In this document: in pieces, positions 7,575 to 16,683 of the stretch
Layout: each line of letters opens with the position of its first letter
Position numbering within the stretch: position 1 is the first letter of the stretch
NCBI GenBank assembly: GCA_043810025.1
Contig: JBDRON010000019.1
Coordinates: 1,204-65,203 of the forward strand
Length of the DNA stretch: 64,000 bases
Direction: 5' to 3'
DNA from: Elusimicrobiota bacterium
GTDB taxonomy: Bacteria; Elusimicrobiota; JBDRON01
Notes under the pieces: generated by a model
What the model was told of the DNA's origin: nothing
Database searches by the model: none
What the model saw: the letters and a program-made list of their open reading frames with translations, nothing else
Program-made: the position numbers and the translations under genes

Positions 7575-10421
7575 ATGGTTAACCTAGAAAGTATTCTTCA
7601 TTTTTTAAGTTGTGTACTAGCGGCTTCCATTTTTTTTTCCTTAGGTTTTTTTGCTCTTTATAAAAACTTTAAAAATCCCGCAAACATTTATTTTGCTTTA
7701 TATAATTTCGCTGTATCTTTTTGGAATATCAGCGATCTTTTTGTTTACCTTGTTCCCAATCATTCCTTGGCTTTAAATTTATATAGATTAGGTTATATTG
7801 GATGTGCTTTCTCTATCCCTTGGTTCCTAAGAACAATGTGGGAACTAACGGGTAGAAAAGTTAAAGAAGAAAGAAAATTAAAATTCATATTGAATATTTT
7901 ATATGTATTTGCAGTTGTAACCACTATTTTTACCATAGTTACTCCTTTAATAATAAAAGATGTTATTAAGTTCCCATTTCGTGAAGTTAGGGGACCGCTT
8001 TATTTTTTGTTAACATTGCAGTTTATGGGAGGATTTTTACTATCAGTTTATTACCTTTTTGATGGATATAGAAAAACTCAAGGTTTTAAAAGACAGCAAT
8101 TAAAATACTTCTTATTTGCTACAGGAGCGGCTTTATCAGCAGCGGGGATTTACTTCGCTTTTGGTTCCATAATTAAATTCGATATAGCTCCAGTATATTA
8201 TTTGTTTGAGATAGGATATGGTTTAGTTGTAGCTTATGCAGTAATCCAATATAAATTTCTTGATGCCAGTTCTTTTTTAAAGGTCGCTTTAGTTTTTTTA
8301 CCTTGCGTTTCTATCCCCTTTTTGTTTCTTTTACCTTTAAATTTGAGGATAACTACAGCTCTTTGTTCCGCAATTTTTTCCTTTTCTTTAGGACTTTTTG
8401 CCCAGTTGAAAGGAAAAGGTAATCCCATTAACCGTTATTTTGCTTTCTTTAGTTTTTGTGCAGGACTATGGAATTTAAATGAATTGATTATTCTTTTACC
8501 AAAAAGCTCTCTATCTTTATTTCTATTTCGCCTAAGTTATGTGGGTGGTAGTTTTATTGTTGCTTCGTATTTGAGTTTTATGTTTTATCTTTTAGACTAT
8601 TGGGAAAGAGCTAAGAAAGTAATTAAATTAATCAATACCTTCGCCATTGTATTTGCTGTGTTATCGTTAACTCCTTTAATTATTCGTGATATTGATTATA
8701 GCTATCCTCAACTGATTCCGTTGAAGGAAATTCCCGGATTTTTATATTTACCTTTTGGAATTTTCTTTATCTTCGGTTTATTGTATAGCTTATATCCACT
8801 AATTCCTATTTTTCGGATTTCAACAGGAGTAAAACGAAACCAAATAAAGTATGCTATTTTCTCTACATGCTTTGGTGTAATAGCAGTTTGTTTCTTTTTT
8901 GGAAGTATGATAACTGAAAAAATTCCTCCCCTATATTATATTGTTCAGATGGGAATGACAATGTGTTTTGCTATCGGAATAATCCGTTACAAACTGCTCG
9001 ATTTTAATATTGCTTTAAGAAACGCGGTGGTCAATATCGGCACTGCTGTTGCTTTTAGCCTGCCTTTAATCTTATTGTTTTTGGTGATTAAAAATCGCGG
9101 GGCGTATATTTTTTTATTATTGCTGGCCTTATCGGTGTACCCGTTAGTTTTTAAAAAAGTTGCTCCATGGCTCATGGCTGTGTTAAATGCCAAGGTTTTC
9201 TCGCAGTTCTCTTATTTCAAGGAATTTCCCCAGATCGAAAAAGAGTTGGAGGAGACTTTTACTACCGGGCAGGTGGCTTGGAAGTTGGTTAAGCCGGTGG
9301 CGGAGGCGATGAAGTTGATTGGGGCTTGTTGTTTGGTTTATGATCGGGAGGAGGATGCTTTTTTGCCGAAGGCGGCGGTGGGATTAAACGAAATAATGAT
9401 TAGAGGCAGTATGGAGTTTGTGACGCTGGGGTTGGAAAATCCGTTGATTCGTCATTTAAGAACGACGAGATTGCCGATAATTTATGATATGATAGCCGAT
9501 GTTCCCGAGGAAGTGGTAATTCGGGAGGTGATGGATGATATTGAAGCGAAGGTTTGCTTGCCTTTATTTGTCGGTAAACGGATGATTGCCGTTTTGGGAT
9601 TGAACCGGAAAGAATCTTCCAATATGTTTAATCAGGAGGATCTTAGTTCTTTGCAAAGTCTTTGTCATGAGGCGGAAAAAAGGTTAAGTCAGGTGCTTTT
9701 CACCGAATACCGTCTGCGCTTTTTAGGCGGGTTAGCCCATGATCTACGTTCGCCTTTTGTCAAGCCCGGCAGATTAATGGATATTTTAGATTCGATCATG
9801 AGCGGGAAATACGGCCGGTTGGAGGAAAATCTGCAATCCGCCATTAACTCCGCTTATGAGGATTGCGTCGACCAGCGCCGCAAGGTAGAACTGCAAGCCG
9901 ATATCAGTAAACAGTTAAAACGGTTTTTGGATGCCGAACAGCCGGTAGCCGAGTTCAATTTAAAGCCGATGTTGGAGCAGATTATCCAAAGGAATCTAAC
10001 TGAAGCGAAAATAAAAAATATTTATTTACTATTGGAGTATGCCGACAACATCCCTTTGGTTTTAGCCAACGAGGAAGATGTGGAGCGGATTATCAACAAT
10101 CTGGTGGAAAATGCCGTCAAGTTTACTCTAGCCGGCGGGGTAACGATAAAAGTGAATAAAAATACAGACGAACTGCTGATTGCCGTCAAGGACACCGGTC
10201 CGGGAATTACCGAGGGAGACAAGAAGAAAGTAATGAAATACGGCGGCCAGGGGGAGACCGTCGATAAGAGCAAGGGTTTGGGTTTAGGCTTGGCCATCGT
10301 CAAAGAGCTGGCCGAATCCAACGGCGCCCGCTTCTGGTACGAAACAGTTTCCGGTCAAGGCTCCACTTTTTTTGTCGGCATCACCTTAATCGAGCGGCGG
10401 GTTATAAGGGACATAGCGTAG
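7575..10421 (+). CDS. Sensor histidine kinase: two tandem HisKA_7TM-like membrane domains, GAF-like, HisKA, HATPase
   Basis: Internal duplication (NPANIYFALY/NPINRYFAFF; GFKRQQLKY/GVKRNQIKY); AHDLRSP, NLVENAVKFT, DTGPGI, GLGLGL. Confidence 0.9.
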   Translation: MVNLESILHFLSCVLAASIFFSLGFFALYKNFKNPANIYFALYNFAVSFWNISDLFVYLVPNHSLALNLYRLGYIGCAFSIPWFLRTMWELTGRKVKEERKLKFILNILYVFAVVTTIFTIVTPLIIKDVIKFPFREVRGPLYFLLTLQFMGGFLLSVYYLFDGYRKTQGFKRQQLKYFLFATGAALSAAGIYFAFGSIIKFDIAPVYYLFEIGYGLVVAYAVIQYKFLDASSFLKVALVFLPCVSIPFLFLLPLNLRITTALCSAIFSFSLGLFAQLKGKGNPINRYFAFFSFCAGLWNLNELIILLPKSSLSLFLFRLSYVGGSFIVASYLSFMFYLLDYWERAKKVIKLINTFAIVFAVLSLTPLIIRDIDYSYPQLIPLKEIPGFLYLPFGIFFIFGLLYSLYPLIPIFRISTGVKRNQIKYAIFSTCFGVIAVCFFFGSMITEKIPPLYYIVQMGMTMCFAIGIIRYKLLDFNIALRNAVVNIGTAVAFSLPLILLFLVIKNRGAYIFLLLLALSVYPLVFKKVAPWLMAVLNAKVFSQFSYFKEFPQIEKELEETFTTGQVAWKLVKPVAEAMKLIGACCLVYDREEDAFLPKAAVGLNEIMIRGSMEFVTLGLENPLIRHLRTTRLPIIYDMIADVPEEVVIREVMDDIEAKVCLPLFVGKRMIAVLGLNRKESSNMFNQEDLSSLQSLCHEAEKRLSQVLFTEYRLRFLGGLAHDLRSPFVKPGRLMDILDSIMSGKYGRLEENLQSAINSAYEDCVDQRRKVELQADISKQLKRFLDAEQPVAEFNLKPMLEQIIQRNLTEAKIKNIYLLLEYADNIPLVLANEEDVERIINNLVENAVKFTLAGGVTIKVNKNTDELLIAVKDTGPGITEGDKKKVMKYGGQGETVDKSKGLGLGLAIVKELAESNGARFWYETVSGQGSTFFVGITLIERRVIRDIA

Positions 10422-10593
10422 TAAGTTGCCTAATTTTCAAGTATTGACTGCTTTATTAATACATGTAATAATAAACCGTAACTTTAAAATTTCTATAGGG
10501 GTTTTTGGAATAATTATGTTCTGGAAAATTCCTTCCGAAAAATGTAGAATATTGAAGTAATCGCGATTCTGGTGTCCAGGGTAATAGGGGAGA

Positions 10594-10932
10594 GTGGATA
10601 AGATGGATGAAAAAGATAAGGAATTGGTATTAGAATTTAAGAAAATAATTCCAGTTGAATTAGGAAAACATTTAAAGCGGCTTATTGTTTTTGGTTCTAG
10701 AGTAAGGGGTGAAGCAACAGAAAACTCCGATCTCGATGTTGTTGTCTTAGTGGATGAAAAAACTTCCGAAATTGAAAGGCAATTTGAAGATGCGGCATAT
10801 CAGGTTATGTGGGATCATAACTTCAAACCAATGATATCACTAAAGGTGTTTGCCCAATCCCAGTTTTACGATGCCCTAAATAAGGGATTTTCTTTTTATC
10901 TTCATGTGGCAGATGAAGGGGTTACATTGTGA
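10594..10932 (+). CDS. Minimal nucleotidyltransferase (MNT antitoxin)
   Basis: FGSRVRG...SDLDVVV motif; 112 aa. Confidence 0.88.
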   Translation: MDKMDEKDKELVLEFKKIIPVELGKHLKRLIVFGSRVRGEATENSDLDVVVLVDEKTSEIERQFEDAAYQVMWDHNFKPMISLKVFAQSQFYDALNKGFSFYLHVADEGVTL

Positions 10933-11327
10933 ATGAGGAAATAAAAAAACTTATTGAAAAGGCTGATCATGCTCTTGAAGTCGCCGAAGATTTATTGAAA
11001 GATGGTTATCCTTCAGATGCAGCCAGTAAAATTTATTACTCCATGTTTTATATAACGCAAGCCCTTTTAAAATCAGAAGGGATTGATGTAGTTAAACATT
11101 CAGCCGTTGAATCTGCTTTTGGTTATTATTTTGCTAAGACCGGACGGATTGATTCTAAATACCATCGCATGTTAATAAATGCAAGAAAAATTAGAGAAAT
11201 TGCTGATTACGATATTCAAGAAGAGATTGTAGAGCCAACCGCTTCTCTGAAGATAGAAGAAGGTAAGGAATTTTTAAGGGTGATTAAAGAATTATTGGGA
11301 AAAAGCGAGACAGGGTTGGATGATTAA
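10929..11327 (+). CDS. HEPN domain protein
   Basis: YYSMFY, KHSAV, REIADY motifs; overlaps the MNT stop. Confidence 0.88.
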   Translation: MNEEIKKLIEKADHALEVAEDLLKDGYPSDAASKIYYSMFYITQALLKSEGIDVVKHSAVESAFGYYFAKTGRIDSKYHRMLINARKIREIADYDIQEEIVEPTASLKIEEGKEFLRVIKELLGKSETGLDD

Positions 11328-11374
11328 TGATTGTTTGATGGTATTGCTACTGAATTCAATGGGGGTTTAGTTAG

Positions 11375-12532
11375 ATGAAGACTTTTCAGGAATTTACGGG
11401 CTTGTTTTCTCAATTTACTTCCTACGATTTGGGCAGGGTTTTGGCGGGGGAAAGCAAAAAATTGTTTAAACTGGAAAATAGCAGTTTTTTTCTTTGGAAA
11501 AGCAGTAATTCCGAGTTTGTGCCCCGTTACCAGGAAGGGATCGACGATTTGGGGGATTGGCTTTTTTCCTTTAATAATTTAGCGCCGGAAAATGAATTAA
11601 TTAAATTTTTAGAAAAAGGAAAAAAATATCTGGTGAGTAAAAGTTCTCCTCAAAACAGCGAAGCGCAAAAAGCGATGCAGGAAATCGGGGCGGCGGTCAG
11701 TTTCCCGCTTTTTGCCCATAACAAATTACGGGCCATCTTCAACCTTGGCCCAAAAATAAATAAAAAACCGTTTACGGCGCCGGAAATTGCCTGGGTGGAA
11801 AAACAGGTTAAATTAACCGAACAACGGCTGGCCTTCACTGTTTTGCTGGAGGAGAGAGCGGTGTTTTCGGCGGTGACGGCTCACGATTTGCATCAGCCTT
11901 TAAAATTTGTTATTCCTTCCAATTTGGAGGAACTAATCTCCGGCAAGGCCGGTCCCTTAAACGAACGGCAGAAGGAGCTGGTTGTCGAACTGCAAGCCGA
12001 ATTTGAGCAGTTGGAAAAAGGGTTTGCCCGCCTGTTTGATCTTTCGGTTTTTTACTTAAAAATGATCGGCAGTAAGCAACACTGGGAAAAATTTGATTTT
12101 ATCGCTTCTCTTGAGGAAGTAAATAAATTTTTTCGGGAGAAAATTCAAAGCAAAGGTTTAACCTACGAGCTGCAATTACCGGAGGATAAAATCCAAATTT
12201 TCGGGGACCGGGAAAATTTAACGGCGATGGTCAGCCAATTATTGGACAACGCCTCTAAGTTTACGACCCAAGGCCGGATCAGTCTGGCGGTTCGGAAAAT
12301 TGCTGAAGGGCTGGAGCTGGAAATAAAGGACACCGGCTGTGGAATCGAGGAAGATTATTTAACCGGCCTGCTGGAGCGTCCCTTTTTACAAATGGAAAAG
12401 CTCTCCGCAGGCCGCTGGCCAGGCACCGGTCTAGCCAAAGTCAAAGAAATTTTGGATTTTCACCAAGGCCGGATCACCATTGACAGCAAACCTCAGCAGG
12501 GAACTACCATCCGCATCACTCTCCCAAAATAA
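11375..12532 (+). CDS. Soluble GAF-like + histidine kinase
   Basis: AHDLHQP, QLLDNASKFT, DTGCGI; resembles the cytoplasmic half of 7575-10421. Confidence 0.85.
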   Translation: MKTFQEFTGLFSQFTSYDLGRVLAGESKKLFKLENSSFFLWKSSNSEFVPRYQEGIDDLGDWLFSFNNLAPENELIKFLEKGKKYLVSKSSPQNSEAQKAMQEIGAAVSFPLFAHNKLRAIFNLGPKINKKPFTAPEIAWVEKQVKLTEQRLAFTVLLEERAVFSAVTAHDLHQPLKFVIPSNLEELISGKAGPLNERQKELVVELQAEFEQLEKGFARLFDLSVFYLKMIGSKQHWEKFDFIASLEEVNKFFREKIQSKGLTYELQLPEDKIQIFGDRENLTAMVSQLLDNASKFTTQGRISLAVRKIAEGLELEIKDTGCGIEEDYLTGLLERPFLQMEKLSAGRWPGTGLAKVKEILDFHQGRITIDSKPQQGTTIRITLPK

Positions 12533-12607
12533 AGGGTAATGTTGAAAATTGCAAGTTACTTCTGCAACCAAAAGCGGTTGCAGGAACTTTTCCTCTATGT
12601 GATGTTT

Positions 12608-12705
12608 TTCCTCTCCCTTGAGGGGAGAGGATTAAGGTGAGGGTGTTAAAGCTTCGATTCCTTATATTACCCCTCACCCTACCCTCTCCCACAAGGGGAG
12701 AGGGA
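12608..12705 (-). repeat. Palindromic repeat family A (CCCTCTCCC arms) with central TCGA core
   Basis: Near-identical to 25056-25152 and reverse complement of 26127-26223 and 42581-42683. Confidence 0.9.
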
Positions 12706-12742
12706 ACTTAATTGTTAATAATTATTCAAATTCCTATACAAC

Positions 12743-12889
12743 AAGTTACTCCGAGCTTCGCTCAGAACTTTAATACCCCTCTTTTATTAAAGAGGGGCTA
12801 GGGGAGTTTAAAAAGACAGAACCTAACCCCCTTAATCCCCCTTTATCAAAGGGGGAAATTCGATTTTTGTCGAACTTCCAATTTCCTAT
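12743..12889 (-). repeat. Palindromic repeat family B (CCCCTTT/AAAGGGGG hairpins) with leader and tail motifs
   Basis: Reverse-complement similarity to 39928-40094, 50660-50826, 55260-55400. Confidence 0.85.
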
Positions 12890-12940
12890 ACGGCAAGTGG
12901 CTTTCCCAAAACAAGAGAATAGGAAAAAAACAAAAAAAAC

Positions 12941-12969
12941 TTTACATAAACACAGAAAAGTATTATAAT
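12941..12969 (+). promoter_or_regulatory. Sigma70-type promoter of the POR operon
   Basis: TTTACA-17 bp-TATAAT. Confidence 0.7.
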
Positions 12970-13014
12970 CTAGTCTTATTTTTTAGCAGCTAACTAGACG
13001 GAGGAAAATTTAAA

Positions 13015-13584
13015 ATGATTGAAGTGCGTTGGCATGGAAGAGGTGGTCAGGGGGCGAAGACAGCCGCATTGCTTTTGGCTGAAGCCGCTCTGGGCGGAGG
13101 AAAATATGTGCAGGCTTTCCCGGAATACGGGCCGGAACGGATGGGGGCGCCGGTGCAGTCTTTTGATCGCATCGATGATCAACCAATTCGTTTGCATTGC
13201 GGGGTCACTGCTCCCAGAATTGTCGTGGTTTTAGACCCGACCTTAATTGATATAGTGAATGTGACCCAGGGACTTCCTGATGACGGTGTTCTGTTGATTA
13301 ATACGGCCGAAACCCCGCAGGCCCTGCGGCAGAAATTGGGCATCCAGGGAAGAAAAATTTATACAATTGATGCCTCGCTGATTTCCAAAGAGGAAATTGG
13401 CAAGGATATACCGAATACCCCGATGTTGGGGGCTTTAATTAAGGTCACCGGCATTGTGGACAGCGAAAGTTTTATTACCGATACCAGGGCTAAACTGGAG
13501 AAAAAATTCAAAAACAAACTGGCGGTGGTGGATGGTAATATGAAAGCCATCCTTCGCGCTTTTAAGGAGACCAAAAGTGAGTAA
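13015..13584 (+). CDS. porC: Pyruvate/2-oxoacid:ferredoxin oxidoreductase gamma subunit
   Basis: EVRWHGRGGQGAKTAA, FPEYGPERMGAPV. Confidence 0.93.
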   Translation: MIEVRWHGRGGQGAKTAALLLAEAALGGGKYVQAFPEYGPERMGAPVQSFDRIDDQPIRLHCGVTAPRIVVVLDPTLIDIVNVTQGLPDDGVLLINTAETPQALRQKLGIQGRKIYTIDASLISKEEIGKDIPNTPMLGALIKVTGIVDSESFITDTRAKLEKKFKNKLAVVDGNMKAILRAFKETKSE

Positions 13585-13879
13585 TATTCGAAAAGATTCA
13601 ACTTGGAAAGAACTGCCGCTGGGGGCTTTGTTGCCGGAACCGGGCAGCGCGCAAAATTATAAAACGGGCGGCTGGCGCAGTATGCGGCCGAAATTGGATA
13701 AGACTAAATGTATCAACTGTTTGTTTTGTTGGATTTATTGTCCGGATTCGGCCATAATCCTGAAAGATGGCAAGGTTGTGGACATTGACTACGATCATTG
13801 TAAAGGCTGCGGGATTTGCGCTGTGGAATGTCCGGTTAAACCGGTGAAGGCGATAACGATGGAAAAGGAAGGCAAATAA
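13577..13879 (+). CDS. porD: Pyruvate:ferredoxin oxidoreductase delta subunit (2x4Fe-4S)
   Basis: TGGWR, CINCLFCWIYCP, CKGCGICAVECP. Confidence 0.93.
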   Translation: MSNIRKDSTWKELPLGALLPEPGSAQNYKTGGWRSMRPKLDKTKCINCLFCWIYCPDSAIILKDGKVVDIDYDHCKGCGICAVECPVKPVKAITMEKEGK

Positions 13880-13975
13880 TTCGATTTCGGATTTCGGATT
13901 TCAGATTGCGGAAAGTAAAGGATTCGAGTCTTTAAGTTTTTCATTCCGAAATCTGCAATCCGAAATCCGCAATCG
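13880..13975. repeat. Inverted repeat with heptamer (GATTKCG) arms and TCGA core
   Basis: gatttcg/gattgcg tandem units on the left, their complements on the right; core TAAAGGATTCGAGTCTTTAA at 13916-13935. Confidence 0.9.
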
Positions 13976-13992
13976 TAAAATGGGGAGAAAAA

Positions 13993-15207
13993 ATGGAAAC
14001 TAAAGCAAATGTTATAAAGGAAGGCGGGAAAGTCAAAAACATGGTGGCGAAAACAGGGAATGAGGCTTTTGCTGAGGCGATGCGCCAAATCAATCCGGAT
14101 GTGGTGGCGGCTTATCCGATTACGCCGGCGACCGAGGTGGTAATGATTTTTGCCGGTTATGTCGCTGATGGGTTGGTGAAAACGGAGTTTGTTCCGGTGG
14201 AAAGCGAACATAGCGCGATGAGCGCAACGATTGGCGCGGCCGCGGCCGGGGCGCGGGCGATGACCTGTACTTCATCGCAAGGGCTGGCGCTAATGTGGGA
14301 GATGCTTTACATCGCCGCCGGGCTGCGGTTGCCGATCGTGATGCCGGAAGTTAACCGGGCGCTTTCCGCCCCGATTAATATACATTGTGATCATTCCGAT
14401 ACAATGGGTGCCCGCGATGCCGGCTGGATCCAGATATTTTCGGAAAATGCGCAGGAAGCTTATGATAACCTTTTACAGGCGGTGAGGATTGCCGAGAAAG
14501 CTTTACTTCCGGTGATGGTCACCACCGATGGTTTTATTATCAGTCACGGAATGGAAGCGATGGAGATGATCGCCGATGAAGAAGTAAAAAAGTATGTGGG
14601 GGAATACAAGGGACCGTATAATTTATTGGATGTGGATAATCCGGTTACGGTTGGACCTTTGGATTTTACTGATTTTTATTTTGAGCATCGGCGTGCCCAG
14701 GCCGAAGCGATGCGGGTGGCGAAAAGTATTATTTCTGAGGTCAGCGCTGATTTTAAAAAGCAATTTGGACGAGGTGAGACATTTTTTGAGGAATACCGGT
14801 TGTCCGATGCTGAGACGGCGATTGTGGTTTTAGGTTCTACGGCGGGGACGGCGAAGGATGTTGTCGATGAACTGCGGGAGAAAGGGATAAAAGCCGGTCT
14901 GTTAAAAATTCGGGTTTTTCGCCCTTTCCCGGAGGAAGAGTTGGCCGTCGTTTTAGAAAAAATCAAAGCGGTGGCGGTATTGGATCGTTCGGACGGGCTT
15001 AATGCTGTGGGCGGTCCGGTTTATAATGATGTTCGGGCGGCGTTGTTTAACAGCAAAAACCGGCCGGTGATCGTCAATTATATTTATGGGTTAGGCGGAC
15101 GGGAAATAGATCTGGAGCAAATCAGAAAAGTCTATACCGATTTGAAAAATATTTTAGATGGCGGAAAATTTGAAACCAAAGCGCAGTATTTGGGAGTTAG
15201 AGAATAG
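13993..15207 (+). CDS. porA: Pyruvate:ferredoxin oxidoreductase alpha subunit
   Basis: AAYPITP, ESEHSAMS, TSSQGL, YGLGGR. Confidence 0.95.
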   Translation: METKANVIKEGGKVKNMVAKTGNEAFAEAMRQINPDVVAAYPITPATEVVMIFAGYVADGLVKTEFVPVESEHSAMSATIGAAAAGARAMTCTSSQGLALMWEMLYIAAGLRLPIVMPEVNRALSAPINIHCDHSDTMGARDAGWIQIFSENAQEAYDNLLQAVRIAEKALLPVMVTTDGFIISHGMEAMEMIADEEVKKYVGEYKGPYNLLDVDNPVTVGPLDFTDFYFEHRRAQAEAMRVAKSIISEVSADFKKQFGRGETFFEEYRLSDAETAIVVLGSTAGTAKDVVDELREKGIKAGLLKIRVFRPFPEEELAVVLEKIKAVAVLDRSDGLNAVGGPVYNDVRAALFNSKNRPVIVNYIYGLGGREIDLEQIRKVYTDLKNILDGGKFETKAQYLGVRE

Positions 15208-15208
15208 G

Positions 15209-15287
15209 ACGATTGCGGATTTCAGAATTAAAAGGATTCGAATCCTTTAGTTTTTCATTCCGCATTCCGAAATCCGCAATCCGAAAT
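15209..15287. repeat. Inverted repeat with GATTKCG arms and TCGA core
   Basis: Perfect palindromic core AAAGGATTCGAATCCTTT at 15231-15248. Confidence 0.9.
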
Positions 15288-15308
15288 TAAAATAGGGGAG
15301 TTGAAAAA

Positions 15309-16235
15309 ATGCCTTCATTAAAAGAATTAGCCAAACATGAGGAAAAATTGACCGGCGGACACCGGGCCTGTCCAGGCTGCGGGGGAACAATCGTTCTTCG
15401 GCAGATGCTCTTAGCCGCGGGGGATACGCCGGTGGTAGTGTCAGGAGCGACCGGTTGTATGGAAGTGGTGACAACGATTTTTCCCTTTACCAGTTGGAAG
15501 GTGCCGTTTGTTCATTCGGCGTTTGAAAATGCCGCGGCGACGATTAGCGGGGTGGAAGCGGCTTATAATTCTTTAAAAAGACAGGGGAAGATTGCTAAAG
15601 ATATAAAATTTATTGCTTTCGGCGGTGACGGCGGGACCTATGATATCGGTTTTCAGGCTTTATCCGGCGCGATGGAACGGGGACATAACATGCTTTATGT
15701 TTGTTATGACAACCAGGCTTATATGAACACCGGCATCCAGCGGTCGGGAGCCACGCCTTTTGGCGCTAATACCACTACCGCTCCGGCGGGCAAAGCCCAA
15801 CAGGGTAAACAACAGTATCGAAAAAATTTGACCGAGATCATGGTTGCGCACGGTATACCTTTCGCTGCGCAGTCGGTGGTTGGGCTCTGGAATGATTTTA
15901 CCACTAAGGTTCAGAAAGCTTTAAGTGTAGACGGCCCCTGTTTTATTAATGTGCTGGCCCCCTGCCGTTTGGGCTGGCCGCACGATCCCTCGATGACCGC
16001 GCAGGTTGGGAAAATGGCCGCCGACACCTGTTTCTGGCCGGTCTACGAGGTGGAGAACGGCAAGTATAAGATTACTTATCATCCCAAGGCAAAGAAACCT
16101 TTAGCCGACTGGTTAAAGATGCAGGCGCGGTTTAACCATCTCTTTAAACCGGAAAACGCCGCCCTTTTAGAACAGTTCCAAAAACATGTTGACGAAAATT
16201 GGCAGCATTTGCTAAAATTAGCTGGAGAAGTGTAG
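15309..16235 (+). CDS. porB: Pyruvate:ferredoxin oxidoreductase beta subunit (TPP-binding)
   Basis: GHRACPGCG, GGDGGTYDIG, YMNTGIQRS. Confidence 0.95.
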   Translation: MPSLKELAKHEEKLTGGHRACPGCGGTIVLRQMLLAAGDTPVVVSGATGCMEVVTTIFPFTSWKVPFVHSAFENAAATISGVEAAYNSLKRQGKIAKDIKFIAFGGDGGTYDIGFQALSGAMERGHNMLYVCYDNQAYMNTGIQRSGATPFGANTTTAPAGKAQQGKQQYRKNLTEIMVAHGIPFAAQSVVGLWNDFTTKVQKALSVDGPCFINVLAPCRLGWPHDPSMTAQVGKMAADTCFWPVYEVENGKYKITYHPKAKKPLADWLKMQARFNHLFKPENAALLEQFQKHVDENWQHLLKLAGEV

Positions 16236-16304
16236 ATTAAAACAAGTTCTAAAAAATAAGTTAGCATATAATTTCGTTCTTTGTAACAGGCAATTAATCA
16301 TTTG

Positions 16305-16378
16305 TTCCCCGGTAGCTTCAGCCGGAGGCTGATCCGCCTACTTGAATAGCTACCTTGTTGTGGCGGACGATGGTGGAG
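16305..16378 (+). repeat. Interrupted duplicate of the tRNA-Asn 5' end
   Basis: TTCCCCGGTAGCT (16305-16317) equals 16615-16627; then hairpins TCAGCC-GGA-GGCTGA and TCCGCC...GGCGGA; then CGATGGTGGAG matching tRNA CAATGGTGGAG. Confidence 0.8.
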
Positions 16379-16380
16379 TG

Positions 16381-16683
16381 ATGTATAGCGTATATGTGTT
16401 AGTTAGCTTGAAGAATACTAAAAGATATATCGGATGTACTGGCAAAAGTGTTGAGGAGAGATTGTCTGAACATAATGCTGGCGGTAATAGATGGACGAGA
16501 CAAAATAAACCTTTTAAAATATTCTATATTGAAAGGTATAATTTAAAAGAATCAGCTCTTAAAAGAGAGAAATTTTTAAAATCAGGCCAAGGAAGAAAAT
16601 ATTTAGACAGATTATTCCCCGGTAGCTCAATGGTGGAGCACGCGACTGTAAAAATTGCAGCTTTCCCAAGTAATTGGGATTGA
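16381..16683 (+). CDS. Small GIY-YIG nuclease; ORF runs through tRNA exon 1 and stops in the intron
   Basis: VYVLVS...YIGCT, ERLSEHN, ALKREKFLKSGQGR motifs. Confidence 0.85.
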   Translation: MYSVYVLVSLKNTKRYIGCTGKSVEERLSEHNAGGNRWTRQNKPFKIFYIERYNLKESALKREKFLKSGQGRKYLDRLFPGSSMVEHATVKIAAFPSNWD

